Shown: positions 52,701 through 64,000 of the stretch, in pieces
Layout of the letters: every line of letters begins with the position of its first letter
How positions within the stretch are numbered: position 1 is the first letter of the stretch
Origin: Podarcis liolepis
Lineage: Eukaryota
Length of the DNA: 64,000 nucleotides
Assembly (NCBI GenBank): GCA_965112155.1
Contig: OZ218101.1
Strand: one strand, 5' to 3'
Notes under the pieces: model-generated
Seen by the model: only the letters and a program-made list of their open reading frames with translations
Told to the model about the DNA's origin: nothing
Databases searched by the model: none
Position numbers and translations under genes: made by a program

Positions 52701-53717
52701 TCCGAGTAATCTCCACCCCCTCTCTTCTCTCCTCAATCGTCAGCAGCAGCACCCACCCTACGGTAGCTGCTTAGGGCCATTTGCCTCCAAGCCCTTTGCT
52801 CTCCTACTTTCAATGTTCACCGGGTTCTGGGAGAAGGAGTGTCTGGAATGCTTTCTAGTAATAATGCGTCAGCCAGCTGTTCTGGCTCTGCCTCCTCCTC
52901 CTCCTCCTCTTCCTCTTCCTCTTCCATTATTCCCTAACTTTGCCCCTCATCTGTTTCTGAGCCGTTACCTTCCACAAACCACCGCTGTAAATCTATACTG
53001 GCTTCCTCTTCTCTGGAAGGTTCAGGAAGAGGGAGAAGCGGTCTCCACCATTCCTCCTCTGTCCAGTCCCTGACAACTTGATGCCAGTTGAGTCTACTTA
53101 CTTATTATTTATTTATTTCATGGAAAATATACACTGCTTGCTTGTAAATAAAACCTTAAATCAGTTCACACACACACACACACAAATATTTATTAAATTT
53201 TGATACCACCCTTCAGTCAAGGGTCACCGAGTGATATAAAAATATAAAATATAAAATATATAAACATAAAAATATGTAACATAGTAACAAAGACAGTTTA
53301 AAAGGCCATAGATTGTTTAATTAGCCAAAGGAATTTAGTTTGGTCACACAAAATCCGCTCCCAGTTAGTCAAAGCTTTCTTTATCTGAACAGTGTAATTT
53401 TGGACCAGAGGGTGAATCATTTTGTTGATCCTACTGTTTGGAGTCAGAAAATTTCAAATGGACAGTCCCCTTTAACTCCAATGGGATTATTCTAGGGTAC
53501 AAAGTTTAGAGCTTTCACTTTCCAATAGGTGAAGGCTGCAACGCTTACCTTACTTATATGAGAGCATTCCCCCTTGCTATTTTGTAACAGAACTTGATGT
53601 TTTGTAACAATTGTCACTGGATTTTCAGGATGCAGAAAGAAACCAGGAAAGAATACATACACCTGTGAAGAAAACAATGCTAAAAGATGGATCACATCAA
53701 CAAAATATTTACCATAG
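46643..53717 (+). CDS. CSF2RA: GM-CSF receptor alpha-like (CSF2RA/IL3RA family) gene, predicted secreted form of ~257 aa
   Basis: Exons 46643-46730, 48456-48588, 48685-48866, 49345-49472, 50251-50277 and 52173-52299 are all GT-AG, in phase and free of stops. A candidate last exon is 53629-53717. Motifs [36 protein letters not shown]...[19 protein letters not shown] and [11 protein letters not shown] match human CSF2RA. Family is certain; orthologue versus lineage-specific paralogue is not. Confidence 0.8.
47597..47812 (-). mobile_element. CR1 LINE 3' end
   Basis: CATAGAATCATAGAA tail followed by typical CR1 3' sequence. Confidence 0.8.
47851..47970. mobile_element. Short hAT-like MITE
   Basis: Inverted ends AAGGTTACCAGA / TCTGGTAACCTT. 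Near-identical flanks CATTAACT on both sides suggest an 8-bp TSD. Confidence 0.75.
48456..48588 (+). CDS. CSF2RA-like exon: cytokine-binding domain, first half
   Basis: 133 nt; [44 protein letters not shown]; strong acceptor, gtaatt donor. Confidence 0.93.
48685..48866 (+). CDS. CSF2RA-like exon: cytokine-binding domain, second half
   Basis: 182 nt; [60 protein letters not shown]; gtaaga donor. Confidence 0.93.
49345..49472 (+). CDS. CSF2RA-like exon: membrane-proximal FNIII, first half
   Basis: 128 nt; [43 protein letters not shown]; AAG|gtaaga donor. Confidence 0.93.
49586..49844 (+). mobile_element. ERV-type solo LTR
   Basis: TGAAAT...ATTTCA inverted termini, several CCAAT/ATTGG boxes, TATATAAA at ~49747 and AATAAA at 49802. 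No clear TSD. Confidence 0.7.
50251..50277 (+). CDS. CSF2RA-like 27-nt microexon
   Basis: cctttttcccttaag|GAT...ACA|gtaagt, phase 0-0, DVLRNGIIT. Sits where human CSF2RA has a short exon inside the second FNIII domain. Confidence 0.8.
50522..51366 (+). mobile_element. Sauria SINE carrying a nested BovB in its tail
   Basis: 14-bp TSD CTAATCTGGGTTAA at 50508-50521 and 51367-51380 encloses the SINE body, the BovB and the ACCTTT tail. Confidence 0.9.
50869..51328 (-). mobile_element. BovB LINE 3' fragment
   Basis: ORF 50880-51311. TSD TCCCTTT at 50862-50868 and 51329-51335. Confidence 0.95.
51548..51635. repeat. (TTTCTA/TTA)n simple repeat
   Basis: Seen directly. Confidence 0.9.
52173..52299 (+). 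CDS. CSF2RA-like exon: WSXWS exon
   Basis: 127 nt; [43 protein letters not shown]; phase-1 gtaagg donor. Confidence 0.93.
52556..53075 (-). mobile_element. Solo LTR (520 bp)
   Basis: TGTCAGG...CCTGACA inverted termini, 5-bp flanks ACCTG/ACTTG, AATAAA on the minus strand near 52645. Confidence 0.85.
53629..53717 (+). CDS. CSF2RA-like candidate terminal exon (hydrophilic, stop)
   Basis: ttttcag acceptor. In phase 1 it reads [29 protein letters not shown]. Unique AT-rich sequence follows, then AATAAA at 54011. No homology support. Confidence 0.45.
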
Positions 53718-54117
53718 TCATGCAAAGTCAAGAGTTGAAAACTTCTATGGAAACCTGAGACCTGAAGATATAGGGTGGCATACAAATTTATTAATAATAA
53801 GTCACTGAGATTTCTTGCTGCAAGTGGTGTTCATTAACTTATGTCCGAGTTCCATCGTGAAATGTATCAGGTTTAACAGTATGCCATAGAGCTCACAAGC
53901 AAATTTGTGATTCTTTCAGAAATATATTTCATATATTTTTGTACCATAATGGAAGATCTGTATCTTATAAAGTTTTCATTGTCTGTACAATGGATAACCA
54001 AGCAGCTACCAATAAAGAGATCAAGAGTTATGCAAACAAAATGTATCTGATGTTTCCCTCAGTGATTTGGAAAAGGGACAGGTTGAACTATTATATGATA
54101 CTCACTATTTTCCTTTA

Positions 54118-54479
54118 GGGACGCGGGTGGCGCTGTGGGTAAAACCTCAGCACCTAGGACTTGCCGATCGCATGGTTGGCAGTTCAAATCCCCGCGGCGG
54201 GGTGCGCTCCCATTGCTCCGTCCCAGCGTCTGCCAACCTAGCAGTTCGAAAACACACCCGGGTGCAAGTAGATAAATAGGGACCGCTTACTAGCGGGAAG
54301 GTAAACGGCATTTCCGTGCGCTGCAGTGGCTTGCCAGAGCAGCTTCGTCACGCTGGCCACATGACCCGGAAGTGTCTGTGGACAGCGCTGGCTCCCGGCC
54401 TCTAGAGTGAGATGAGCACACAACCCTAGAGTCTGTCAAGACTGGCTCGTACGGGCAGGGGTACCTTTACCTTTACCTT
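54118..54479 (+). mobile_element. Sauria SINE, full length
   Basis: GGGACGCGGGTGGCGCTGTGG head and (ACCTTT)n tail. TSD TATTTTCCTTTA at 54106-54117 and 54480-54491. Confidence 0.93.
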
Positions 54480-55524
54480 TATTTTCCTTTAACCCAGTCG
54501 ACCCAAATCAAATAGTTGGTGTGGCTGTGGCTGTCCATAGTACCTATCAGGGGCCATATTTGACATAATGCAAGTTAATTCAACCAGGGTGTAACAGGTG
54601 TATTATTTATTTGGAAAATTGCACACCTTAAAATTTCCTTTAGCTATCCTTTGCCAGAACTTTCCTCAAAGTGGGCTCAAAAAAGCAGGGTGACAATGTT
54701 ACTGTGTTAGAGGTGAACAGACTGGCAAAATGCAAGACTGCCATTTCTCCGTGTCAAGAAAGTGCACAAAGTAAATGGGTTATGTATTTTTGAAAGGTGA
54801 ACCAAGGTGAGGTGACCTGCCTCAGGCAGCAGGATCCACAGGAAACCTTTCCTTTCAAAATTGTTTTTGCGGGTCTTTGTACTGTCATAAAGAATGTGTG
54901 TTCACTTCCTCTTTCCTGGAGGGGAGGGACGTCAATTTGTTGTTTGCCTCAGGTGTCAAAATGTCTTGGGCCAGCCCTGTTGAAAGGCAGTGTCCACAAA
55001 GGGCCCTGGCCTAACATTTTTTCCTCCGAGGCTACCCAGTGTTTTCGTACCGTCATCAACCTAAGAGAGGTTTAATGAAGCTTAAAAGCATATAGCATAT
55101 TGTTTAGGAGTACCCCATCTCCTTCCATTGGGTTTTTCATACAGAATTTTCCATGCCATGTGTGGATCAAGCATTGTAGATCAAGCACTGAATCAAATGA
55201 AGTGGATTAGCTTCTGCACACCTACAAATTAAGCTTTCAAAACAGGTATTTTAAAAGGAAATTCACTTCAATTGCCAGACAGCTTTGTAACAGTCATCTG
55301 TCATCTGCAGATATTTTCATCCATAAAACCACACCGTCAGAGCCAGCAAAATTATGCAACACTGGCTTGTTAAGAGGCTTTCCTCATCAGATAATGATAA
55401 TCATGCTTGCAGAGAGATCTACAGTATTCTTTAGACTGTGGTGCAGTATAAATATTTTAATCACTTGGGAGTGATCTCTGAGTGTTGTGAGCTTTCAGGG
55501 ATTGCACTTACCCAGGGTTCATAT

Positions 55525-55830
55525 TTCTCTTTTTTATATATAATTTTATTTATACAATTAATTTTACAACATACAAAAGTTCAAAAAAAGAAAAACTAAA
55601 AATTCAAACAATGTATCATATACTGTATATATATAACTTCCCTCCTCCTCTTTCTGTAGTTCATTTTTTATCATATTTTACTGCATTTCCAAATTAAACC
55701 AATTTAATTTTTATCCCCTATGTTCCATATACATTTTATTCTATTACTGCACGTTTTTATATTAAGCCTGCTAAACTCTTAATGTGTTTACAATAATTCT
55801 GAATATACTCTATAAATGATTTTCATTCTT
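55525..55830 (-). mobile_element. Probable L1 3' UTR remnant
   Basis: T-rich start with TTTTATTT and composition resembling the reverse-strand L1 end at 40406-40620. Confidence 0.5.
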
Positions 55831-57454
55831 AAAAAACTTGATCATTTTGATTTCTTATTCTTCCGATGAAAACCAGCAGCGCAATGAAAGGGAAGCGCTG
55901 CCACGGCTGCATTTGACCCCGCCCCCAAGCCTCCACCTGATTGGCGGGCTGCCAGGGGGCATGGCGCAGCAGCCCCGGGCAGCTGAGCAGGGGCCAGAAC
56001 ACCCCCTGCCAATGTGGGAAATGGCTCCCGCTCACAACTCCTCCCCTCTGGAAGGAGGAGAGGCTTTGCCTTTATAGCTAACAAATAACAAGGCACAGGT
56101 TTTGAAAAGGGCAAAATTGGAGCTGTGCTGCTCTGATGGTCGGTTTCTGTGGCTCTCTGGGCTTTTCGATCACCCACACAGGTCAATATGTTGTTCCATC
56201 TCTCTACTTTTTTCTTTTAGAATGGCCATTGTAAATAGTCATCATGACACTGTCTGTACTTTTCTCACCTTACTGTTTCATAATTCTACCCAGCCAGCTT
56301 TACATGTAGCTACACATCAGGATAATGCTTCATGCATCCGAAGACATGGACTTTTGTATGCCATCTTCCCCATTACAAATGGCCCAGAATTTTCCCCTCC
56401 CTTTACTTTCTCCATCTTCATACTCTCTCAAACACATACATTTTCTTTCTCTTCCCCCCTTGGCCTGTCTAGACATAAGGAGGTCAGGGTTTTCTTTTCC
56501 CGAATCAGAGAAGCCAAACCCACAGACACAAGTTATCCAGAAAGCTTTACCTTCCTCTTCCCCTCCCACACCAGCAAAATAATGATTTTGTGGCACCACT
56601 CCTCTCGTTAAATAAGCAATTCATAACACTCCAGCTTAATGAAGCCTATCTGGAAATGTGGGGGTGGGGGTAGAGGAGGTGGTTCACATTAGCATGAGAC
56701 TGGCCAAATATATCCTTCTCAGTAAGCAAGCACAAAAGATTGTTGATAAGTAAAAAATAAGTTTTGGCTGTCTACACCAATGAAATTTATCTGATGGCAA
56801 TGTTCAAGGGATTCCACAAGGCAAAAATCTGAATCTGTTACTCCTTTAAGAGAAATTGCAGCAGTGCATTTGAATGTCCTGCAGATGTAAAATAAATGCC
56901 CCCATGTCTCTATTTTCCTTCATTTTCCAATGGCATTCAGATCAGCTTTTTCCTTTTTCCAGATATAAATCATTAAGATTTCAGGAGGCTTTGGCCGAAA
57001 TAGAGGCGGTACAGATTACCTCCCCTCACACACAACTGCAACTTTTTAACTATATGGCACACATGACCATCACAAAATAATTAGATTTGTTTCATGAACA
57101 ATCCTGCCAGTGTTTTTCTGTGTGTGTGCATATCTATCTATCTAATCACTCTAGGACTTTTGCCACCCTGAATACTGCACATCTGAAAGTACTTTGACTC
57201 ATGAAACATCTTCCAAACTTCCTAAGGAGATATTCCATTTAAACATTCTCAGAACCCAGTGTTAAAGCAGTGACCAGTGTATGCTGCTATTCCCAAGCTG
57301 AACCAGGGCCAGCACTTTGGACAGGAGCCAAGGTCTCAGTGCTGTAGCACGGCACACTCCAGGGCCCCCTTATTGTGTTTTCTGACCAGGCACTTTTGGA
57401 AGCTGGATGCAGCTGCTCTTTTAATTTCCTACCACGGCCCCAGCTCTAAGAGTT

Positions 57455-57830
57455 CCAAAGCATTGTGTATGTTTCTGAGCACAATTCAAAGTGTTGGTGC
57501 TGACCTTTAAAGCTCTAAACAGCCTATATCTGAAGGAGCATCTCCACCCCCACCGTTCAGCCCAGACACTGAGGTCCACCTCTGAGGGCCTTCTAGCAGT
57601 TTCCTCACTGTGAGAAGTGAAGTTACAGGGAACCAGACAGAGGGCCTTCTCAGTAGTGGCGCCCACCCTGTGGAACGCCCTCCCTTCAGATGTCAAGGAG
57701 ATAAAGAACTACACAACTTTTAGAAGACATTTGGAAGTTTGATGTTATGTTTGATGTTATGCTTTTATTTGTGTTGGAAGCTGCCCCGAGTAGCTTGGGC
57801 AACACAACCAGATGGGTGGGGTATAAATAA
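57455..57830 (+). mobile_element. L2/CR1-group LINE 3' end
   Basis: Encodes QFKVLVLTFKALN...RAFSVVAPTLWNALP, then the shared tail ending GGGGTATAAATAAA. Confidence 0.85.
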
Positions 57831-58214
57831 AATGATGCTAGACTCAAATAATTGATAGGCACAGTGCCTGAACAATGCCACTGCAGCTAAATATGCCAAG
57901 GCCACCTGAGGCAGGTGATACCAGAAGACATTTTGACCAGCCCTTTCCCTCAAACCTGGAGCCAGCCCTGTTCTCATGTGGAGCTCAGCTGGGTGACAGT
58001 TATGGAGGAAAGTCAGTGCACACACCACCTGACTTCCATAGCATTGCCATACAAACTGGGCTGCCAGCATCTGCCTCTCCTGCTCACAACATGTGATGAA
58101 GCTGATTGGGGTACCATTAATGTCATTACATAGTTTATTCACTAGATGGCACAGGCCTTAGTTGTTTCCTGAGTTTGTTCTCTTTCGCTGCTGGATATAA
58201 TACAATAATTATTG

Positions 58215-58660
58215 TCTTCTTCTTCTTTGGCGATCACTTGTAGCCAAGTCTTCCATGAAAAATGTTTTAACAGTGAGTCCATAAGTGACTGTGGAGGCCA
58301 ATTCTGGATCCACACGTCCTTCCACAGTGGGGACATAGGTTTCTGGGCAGGAGTTGATCATGGTAAGGGTTTGCTAAGTATGCCTTCCTCTTAGCACATT
58401 TCTCCCTTTCGTCATGGGTGTCTTCAAAGCCCATGACACCTTTGGTAAAGTCTGTTCTCCAGTTGGAGCACTCGCAGGCCAGCATTCCCCAGTTGTTAGT
58501 GTTTAAACTACATTTTTTTTAGATTTGCCTTGAGAGAGTTTTAAACCTTTTTTGTTCACCACCAGCATTACGCTTTCAATTTTAAAATTCAGAATAGAGT
58601 AGTTGCTTTGGAAGATGCTAATCAGGCATCCGCACAACATGACCAGTCCAACAAAGTTGA
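58215..58660 (-). mobile_element. Degenerate RTE-clade LINE 3' fragment
   Basis: Minus-strand ORF ending CPHCGRTCGSRIGLHSHLWTHC, with a (GAA)n tail. Confidence 0.85.
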
Positions 58661-60374
58661 TGTTGAAGTCAATGAAGTTGATGTTGAATTATTGTCCTGC
58701 CTTAATGATTGGAATTCCCTCTGAGCCTTCCATCAATAAGAGTTTTGTTGGCACTGCTCCAAGTTGCAGAAGGATGAAAAAAGTGAAGGGAGGTAGGTAG
58801 ATTCCCTTCTTCCCAAACCACTCCCCAAATTATCGGAAAGTTCAAACTTTCAGCCCACCTTTAGTTTATATACCCAGGGATTTGCCTAAGGCTATCTTCT
58901 AGGAATGTAGTTTTGCAGCAAGCATGTGATTTGAAGAGATTTCGAGATTATAATTCCTGCACTACATTTACTCAAGCATTCATGTGTATTTTTTATTAGT
59001 AGTAGTAAGTAATTTCCATACTGAGATTTGAGTTGATTAGTGTCAGTAAGAAATGTAATTTGCTGCAATGGGATTATTGTAGTGAAATTTAAAATGCCAT
59101 GTTTCTAGGAGGGGGCAGCAGTGGGAGAGAAAAAATAAGCTGCAAACTAGTTAAGTGTTTTTATAGGTGTTTCTGTATCATCAATGGGGGTGTGTTTTTA
59201 TTTATTGTTTTAGTTTTGTTTAGTTGGGTTTTAAAAAGTGGGGGGTTGTATTCTCATATTCTGGTACTTACATGGCACTTGGGCATGAAAACTATTGGAG
59301 AGAACAGCTGCACCATCTTGTGGTGAATGTTGAAAGTCTCACCAATTAATACGAAACTGTATTGCAGCTTCATAGATACATGGCTGTTTTAGCATTATCA
59401 AACTCCTGGAACTGCTTTTAGGGTTTGATTCTACACATAGCAGAACACACAACATGAAGGGTTTTTTTTTTTGGAATACTTTAAAAAGCATTGTGGAGGT
59501 TAGTAAGAGGAGTTTAATAAGGGGTTGGGTTAATAAGCCTCTTAAGGCACACAGAAAAGAGCCCGAAACAACTGGGAAGACGAGAAGTGATAAAATTGCA
59601 CATCCATAACTATATCAGCACCTATTGCATTTATTCTGAATTAATGTACTAATAATGAAGTGGGCACGTGTATATGAATAGCTCCAAAGAGTAGTGTTTT
59701 ATCGGTTTGGGGCCACATTTACCTTCTGTTCTACTGCTAATTTGCTTTCTGTGTACAAGGAGAGAATATTGAGATTAAGCCAAGTAGAAAGCAGATTAAC
59801 AGCTGGATGGAAATACAGCCTTGAAATGCAAAGCTATAGATACAAATTACATGGAAATTCAGCTTCTTAGAAAGATAAAAACAGGAAATCAAACAGTGGC
59901 CATTCAATTAGTTTTTTACTCAGAACTAGGTTTTCTGTAATTAGACCAGGATATGAAGAAAGACACTGTTCTGTGAAAGGAGGAAAGAAGCCTCTTTCTC
60001 ATGACAAGTTCGTCTCAGAACAAAAATGAAGCAAGCTTCCATGCAAAGTTACACCCTCCTCTTGCTTTGCATGCAAATTCATCTTCTCTCTTGCCCCACT
60101 TTTTCATTCTTGTTGGATGTGTCATTCCCTATGTCCACAGCCTGTGCAGTGGTTTATTTTAGATTCAATTCTCAACCCTAGCAAAGATTCAAGAACAGTT
60201 GGACTGTAGGACAGTCTAAAGGACTCTCAAATGACCTCTATTTGAAAGAGCCCTCTTTTTGAAGCACTGTCTGGTTCAAGTCCAGTTTAAAGACCAGTAG
60301 GGAAAGCAGGCATGCAGGCCACCTGGCTATCCGCACCCCAAGGTGAGTTGTGTTGTGTTGTTTGGATAAAAGTA

Positions 60375-60722
60375 AAAGTAAAGGGACCCCTGACCGTTAG
60401 GTCCAGTCATGACAGACTCTGGGGTTGCGCGCTCATCTCGCTCTATAGCCAAGGGAGCCGGCGTTTGTCCACAGACAGCTTCCGGGTCATGTGGCCAGCC
60501 GCTTCTGGTGAACCAGAGCAGCGCACAGAAATGCCATTTACCTTCCCGCCAGAGTGGTATCTATTTATCTACTTGCACTTTGACGTGCTTTCGAACTGCT
60601 AGGTTGGCAGGAGCAGGGACCAAGCAACGGGAGCTCACCCCGTCACGAGGATTTGAACTGCCAACTTTCTGATCGGTAAGTCCTAGGCTCTGTGGTTTAA
60701 CCCACAGCGCCACCCGCGTCCC
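60375..60722 (-). mobile_element. Sauria SINE
   Basis: 15-bp TSD GTTTGGATAAAAGTA at 60360-60374 and 60726-60740. Confidence 0.92.
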
Positions 60723-61852
60723 ATCGTTTGGATAAAAGTACTAGCTAAATTTGCACCTGTACATATATATTAGCAAAAGTAAATTTGATGGCAATGCATA
60801 AGTGCAAGGGGCAGCCCATCCCATTTCGCCGCCTGAGGCAAAACAGGAAAGTGTCCCTAGCCGAAGCCTTGCTTACCCTGCTTGCACAGCAGTGGCTTCC
60901 AGGGAGATCTCTCCTACTGCTCTGCATTCCCCAGTGGTGGTAGGGGCAGCCGGGGTCCCTGTGTGGGCACTGCCCCATGGGATTCCACTGTCCAAGATGG
61001 CTGCTTCAGCCTGCCTCGTGGGCAGGACAGCCCTGCATAAGTGGCGACCCTTCCCCATTCCTAGTCTTCTGCTGGACCAGTGGGCCAGGAACACTCTGGA
61101 AAGAATGGCTTCTGTGGTTTGCTTGTATAAAACTGGAAACAATAAAACTATCCAACATCTTTTTTTAAAAAAAAACCACCAGGCCTTTATTATTTCTGAG
61201 GCTCCTTGTGTATGGCAGCACTCCATTGCCCACCCAGTGTCCTATCACTACCCTGAAAAAAATCTGATTGCATTAACAAAACCTCCCCTCCACTATCATA
61301 TCCTCATGCCACACCTACTGCTAACAGGGGCAGGCACTTATCCTATCTGGAAACAGGTCCTCTGGCTACAGCAAGGGCTGTAGCTTAGTGGCAGAGCATC
61401 TGTTCTGTATGCAAAACATCTGGGCTGAGGTGGGAGAGAAACTTGCCTTCAGCCCCAGAATGCCACTGTCAGTCAGTGTAGATAATTCTGATGTAAATGA
61501 ATCAATGGTCTGACTCAGTAGAAGGCAGCTTTCTGAGCTCCTATGCTTCTTCCTAACAATGGTTATAATATAAGCTCCCTCGCATAGAAATAAGTATTTT
61601 CCACTTAACATGCTCCAAATTAGGTTATTGTCCTGTCTTTGACAGAGTGAATCACTGAACTCCAAGTCAGGGCTCTCAAAATGGCTGTGTCACATCAGAG
61701 CTTCTCTATGTTCCTATCAGACCAGAGGAGCTTTGCTCATAACCCAGCCAACCACTTCTCACCAGTTCCTTTTCTCTTCTCAGTAAGAAAGCTCCGCCTT
61801 TGCCCTGCTCCCTTCCACGACTCTGTCTGAGGCTTATAAATAAGCCTTTAGG

Positions 61853-62342
61853 ACAGGCATAAGCAAACTCGGCCCTCCAGATGTTTTGGGACTACAACTC
61901 CCATCATCCCTAGCTAACAGGACCAGTGGTCAGGGATGATGGCGGGCAGCGGCGGCAGGACCAGTGGCAAGAAAGGGCTCCTTTCGGGCCGCTTGTCCCT
62001 CCGCCGCCACCCGCCTCACTCAAGTATAAGCTGGGGGGGGGGCTTTTTCAGCATAAAAAATGTGCTGAAAAAGTCAGCTTATACCCAAGTTCAGTCATAC
62101 CTCAGGTTGATGTAGCTTTGGGATGAATATTTTCGGATTGCGCCCCACAGGTAATGGAAGTAATGGAGTCCGTTACTTCTGGGTTTCGCCACTTGCACAT
62201 GCGCAGACGCTCAAAATGACATCACACGCATGTGCGGAAGCGGCGAAATGTGACCCGCGCACGCGCAGTTGCGTGTTACGTTTACTTCAGGATGCGAATG
62301 GGGCTCTGGAATGAATCCCCTTCATATCCAGAGGTACCACTG
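61853..62342. mobile_element. Cluster of DNA-transposon fragments (hAT-like left end plus Tc1/mariner MITE at ~62092-62342)
   Basis: CAGGCATAAGCAAACTCGGCCC...GGACTACAACTCCCATCATCCC, followed by CAGTCATACCTC...GAGGTACCACTG-TA. Confidence 0.7.
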
Positions 62343-64000
62343 TATATACGGTAGACAGAAATATTCTTCAGCTTTAGCCACATGTTCCCCACTGTTTGAG
62401 TCACAGCTGTTTCCTATAATTTCTGCTGCTTCCCACAAAGAGGAAGAGGTCAGTTGGGGTCTATCCATCAATTGTGTAACTGTGTGGTACCACACTACCT
62501 GATGTTACGTTAATTTGGGCATGGGTTTTAATCCAGGGAGATCTCTCTAAACTCACGTTTAGAGTAGACACAGTGAAATCCATGGATTTGTTAGTTAATG
62601 AGTCTACTCTTAAATATGATTTAATTAGATCCAACCCTATAGTTATGGGAGCGGTTTATTATGCAAATCTGAATATTTTGTTAAAACAGCTCAGTCTTGT
62701 GGTACCTTATAAAACTTAGGACCAAAGTAGACACGAAGCAGGAGATCCTTATCTTCCCATGGGGTTTTTTGTGGGGTGTTAATAGCAGCTGTGGAAGATG
62801 GAGCTTATTCAGATTGGGACAATGACACTTCCAATTGAAATCATCCCTTTTCTATCGCCACCCAGCTTTTATGCACCACTCAGAACAAAACCTGCAGGTT
62901 CTCTACAGGTTGGCAATTTTATTGTGCCAAAGTAAACCTTTCTGTGTCTTAAGGGCAGCTTCAGAGGTCTTGCTAGTAGTCCAATTGGTAAGATCAATTA
63001 GATTGGTGAGCATGAGAGAAAGGAGCTATTCGGTGGTGTCCCCACAGTTATGAAACACCCTTCAAAGTTGTTCGTGTACAACTCCATCAGGACAGACTTT
63101 TAACCAGGCATTGGAAACCCACTCAGTACAAATACTATTGGCCTGTTTGGGTGAGTTGGGGTTCTATCTTATTATCTATCTATCCCCCCTATTTTTGGAG
63201 TTCGGCAAATCTTAGAATTCTTCCAAGCTTGCTGATACCTCTCTCTTGTGCATCAGCTACATAAGCAAAGGCTGAATATCAGAAATAAAGGGAATGGTGA
63301 CTAGATATGATACACGTCGTTTCTGTTGATTAGAATATTATTTTCCTGAGCATAACAGTGGAAATATCCTGGGTTGAGTTCCCAGTGGATATTCATTGCA
63401 GCCTCAGGAGCAAAACTGAAGCTCTCCCTCATGAAGTATACTATATTGACAGAAACTTGTTTGCACCTTCAGAACACCATGGTGACAACTGTCATTCAAC
63501 AAAAGAACACTCTGCAGCCCACAAGCTATTGTCTTTCCTGGGCTAAGAAGATGTAAAAATAGGAACTCCCCAAAAAGGAAACTTTTGGCTGACATTAAAG
63601 ACAGGAAGTGGTTGTTCTTAGTGAGGCAACTGTGACAACTGAGATGGCCTGTGATGAGAATTTCCTGAATTTCCCCATGTCTGTTACTTTAATTAGAAAA
63701 CTGTGGGTGTGAAGGCTTCAGACACTTTTCTCCAGGTCCCAAGGATCCTCAGAACACCAGGAGGTCTCTTATGTCCAGAAACCCTTGGTGAACCCCGCCC
63801 ATACACTGAATTTGGAGTTTTTAATCATCATATCATTTATGAACAAAAGCTTTTGACAATGATCTCTCTAGGAGATATATTTGTTCAGTGGGCCTGTACA
63901 TGGCGAATTCTTCTTCAGACAGTATCAAGAATATAAGGAAGGCATCAGAAAGGCCTTCAAGAGTAAGAGAAAGCATCCCACTACTTTGTTCTTTCTTATT

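Noticed and set aside
52555-53073. 172-aa proline-rich ORF
   Set aside because: It coincides exactly with a solo LTR and its CCT microsatellite.
58800-58850. Proline-rich LPKPLPK frame as a possible Box1 exon
   Set aside because: No suitable acceptor/donor pair, no upstream TM exon, and a poor match to the FPP.P motif.
59109-59326. Hydrophobic stretch (GGVFLFIVLVLFSWVLK) in phase 1 after an AG, as the missing TM exon
   Set aside because: The hydrophobicity comes from low-complexity T/G sequence, the acceptor is weak, the preceding linker is long and cysteine-rich, and no Box1 exon follows. It is still worth testing with junction reads from 52299.

Overview
Vertebrate genomic DNA from a squamate reptile. 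The repeat content (BovB, Sauria/Squam1 and Squam3-type SINEs) points to a lacertid lizard. There are two assembly gaps. The first ~27 kb has no gene I can find: it is transposon-rich with a few enhancer-like unique blocks. I reconstructed two divergently transcribed type I cytokine receptor genes by hand from splice signals. (1) A complete 8-coding-exon CRLF2 (TSLP receptor) on the minus strand, 27705-39663, 320 aa, with a short cytoplasmic tail. (2) A CSF2RA/IL3RA-family alpha-chain gene on the plus strand from 46643. Its signal-peptide exon and five cytokine-binding-module exons are intact, in phase, and include a perfect WSDWS. I find no N-terminal-domain exons and no transmembrane or Box1 exons, so it is predicted to encode a secreted ~250-260 aa receptor, possibly a decoy. 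The head-to-head CRLF2/CSF2RA arrangement matches the block in human pseudoautosomal region 1. Nearly all ORFs in the supplied track are retrotransposon fragments or noise. The real exons are mostly absent from that track.
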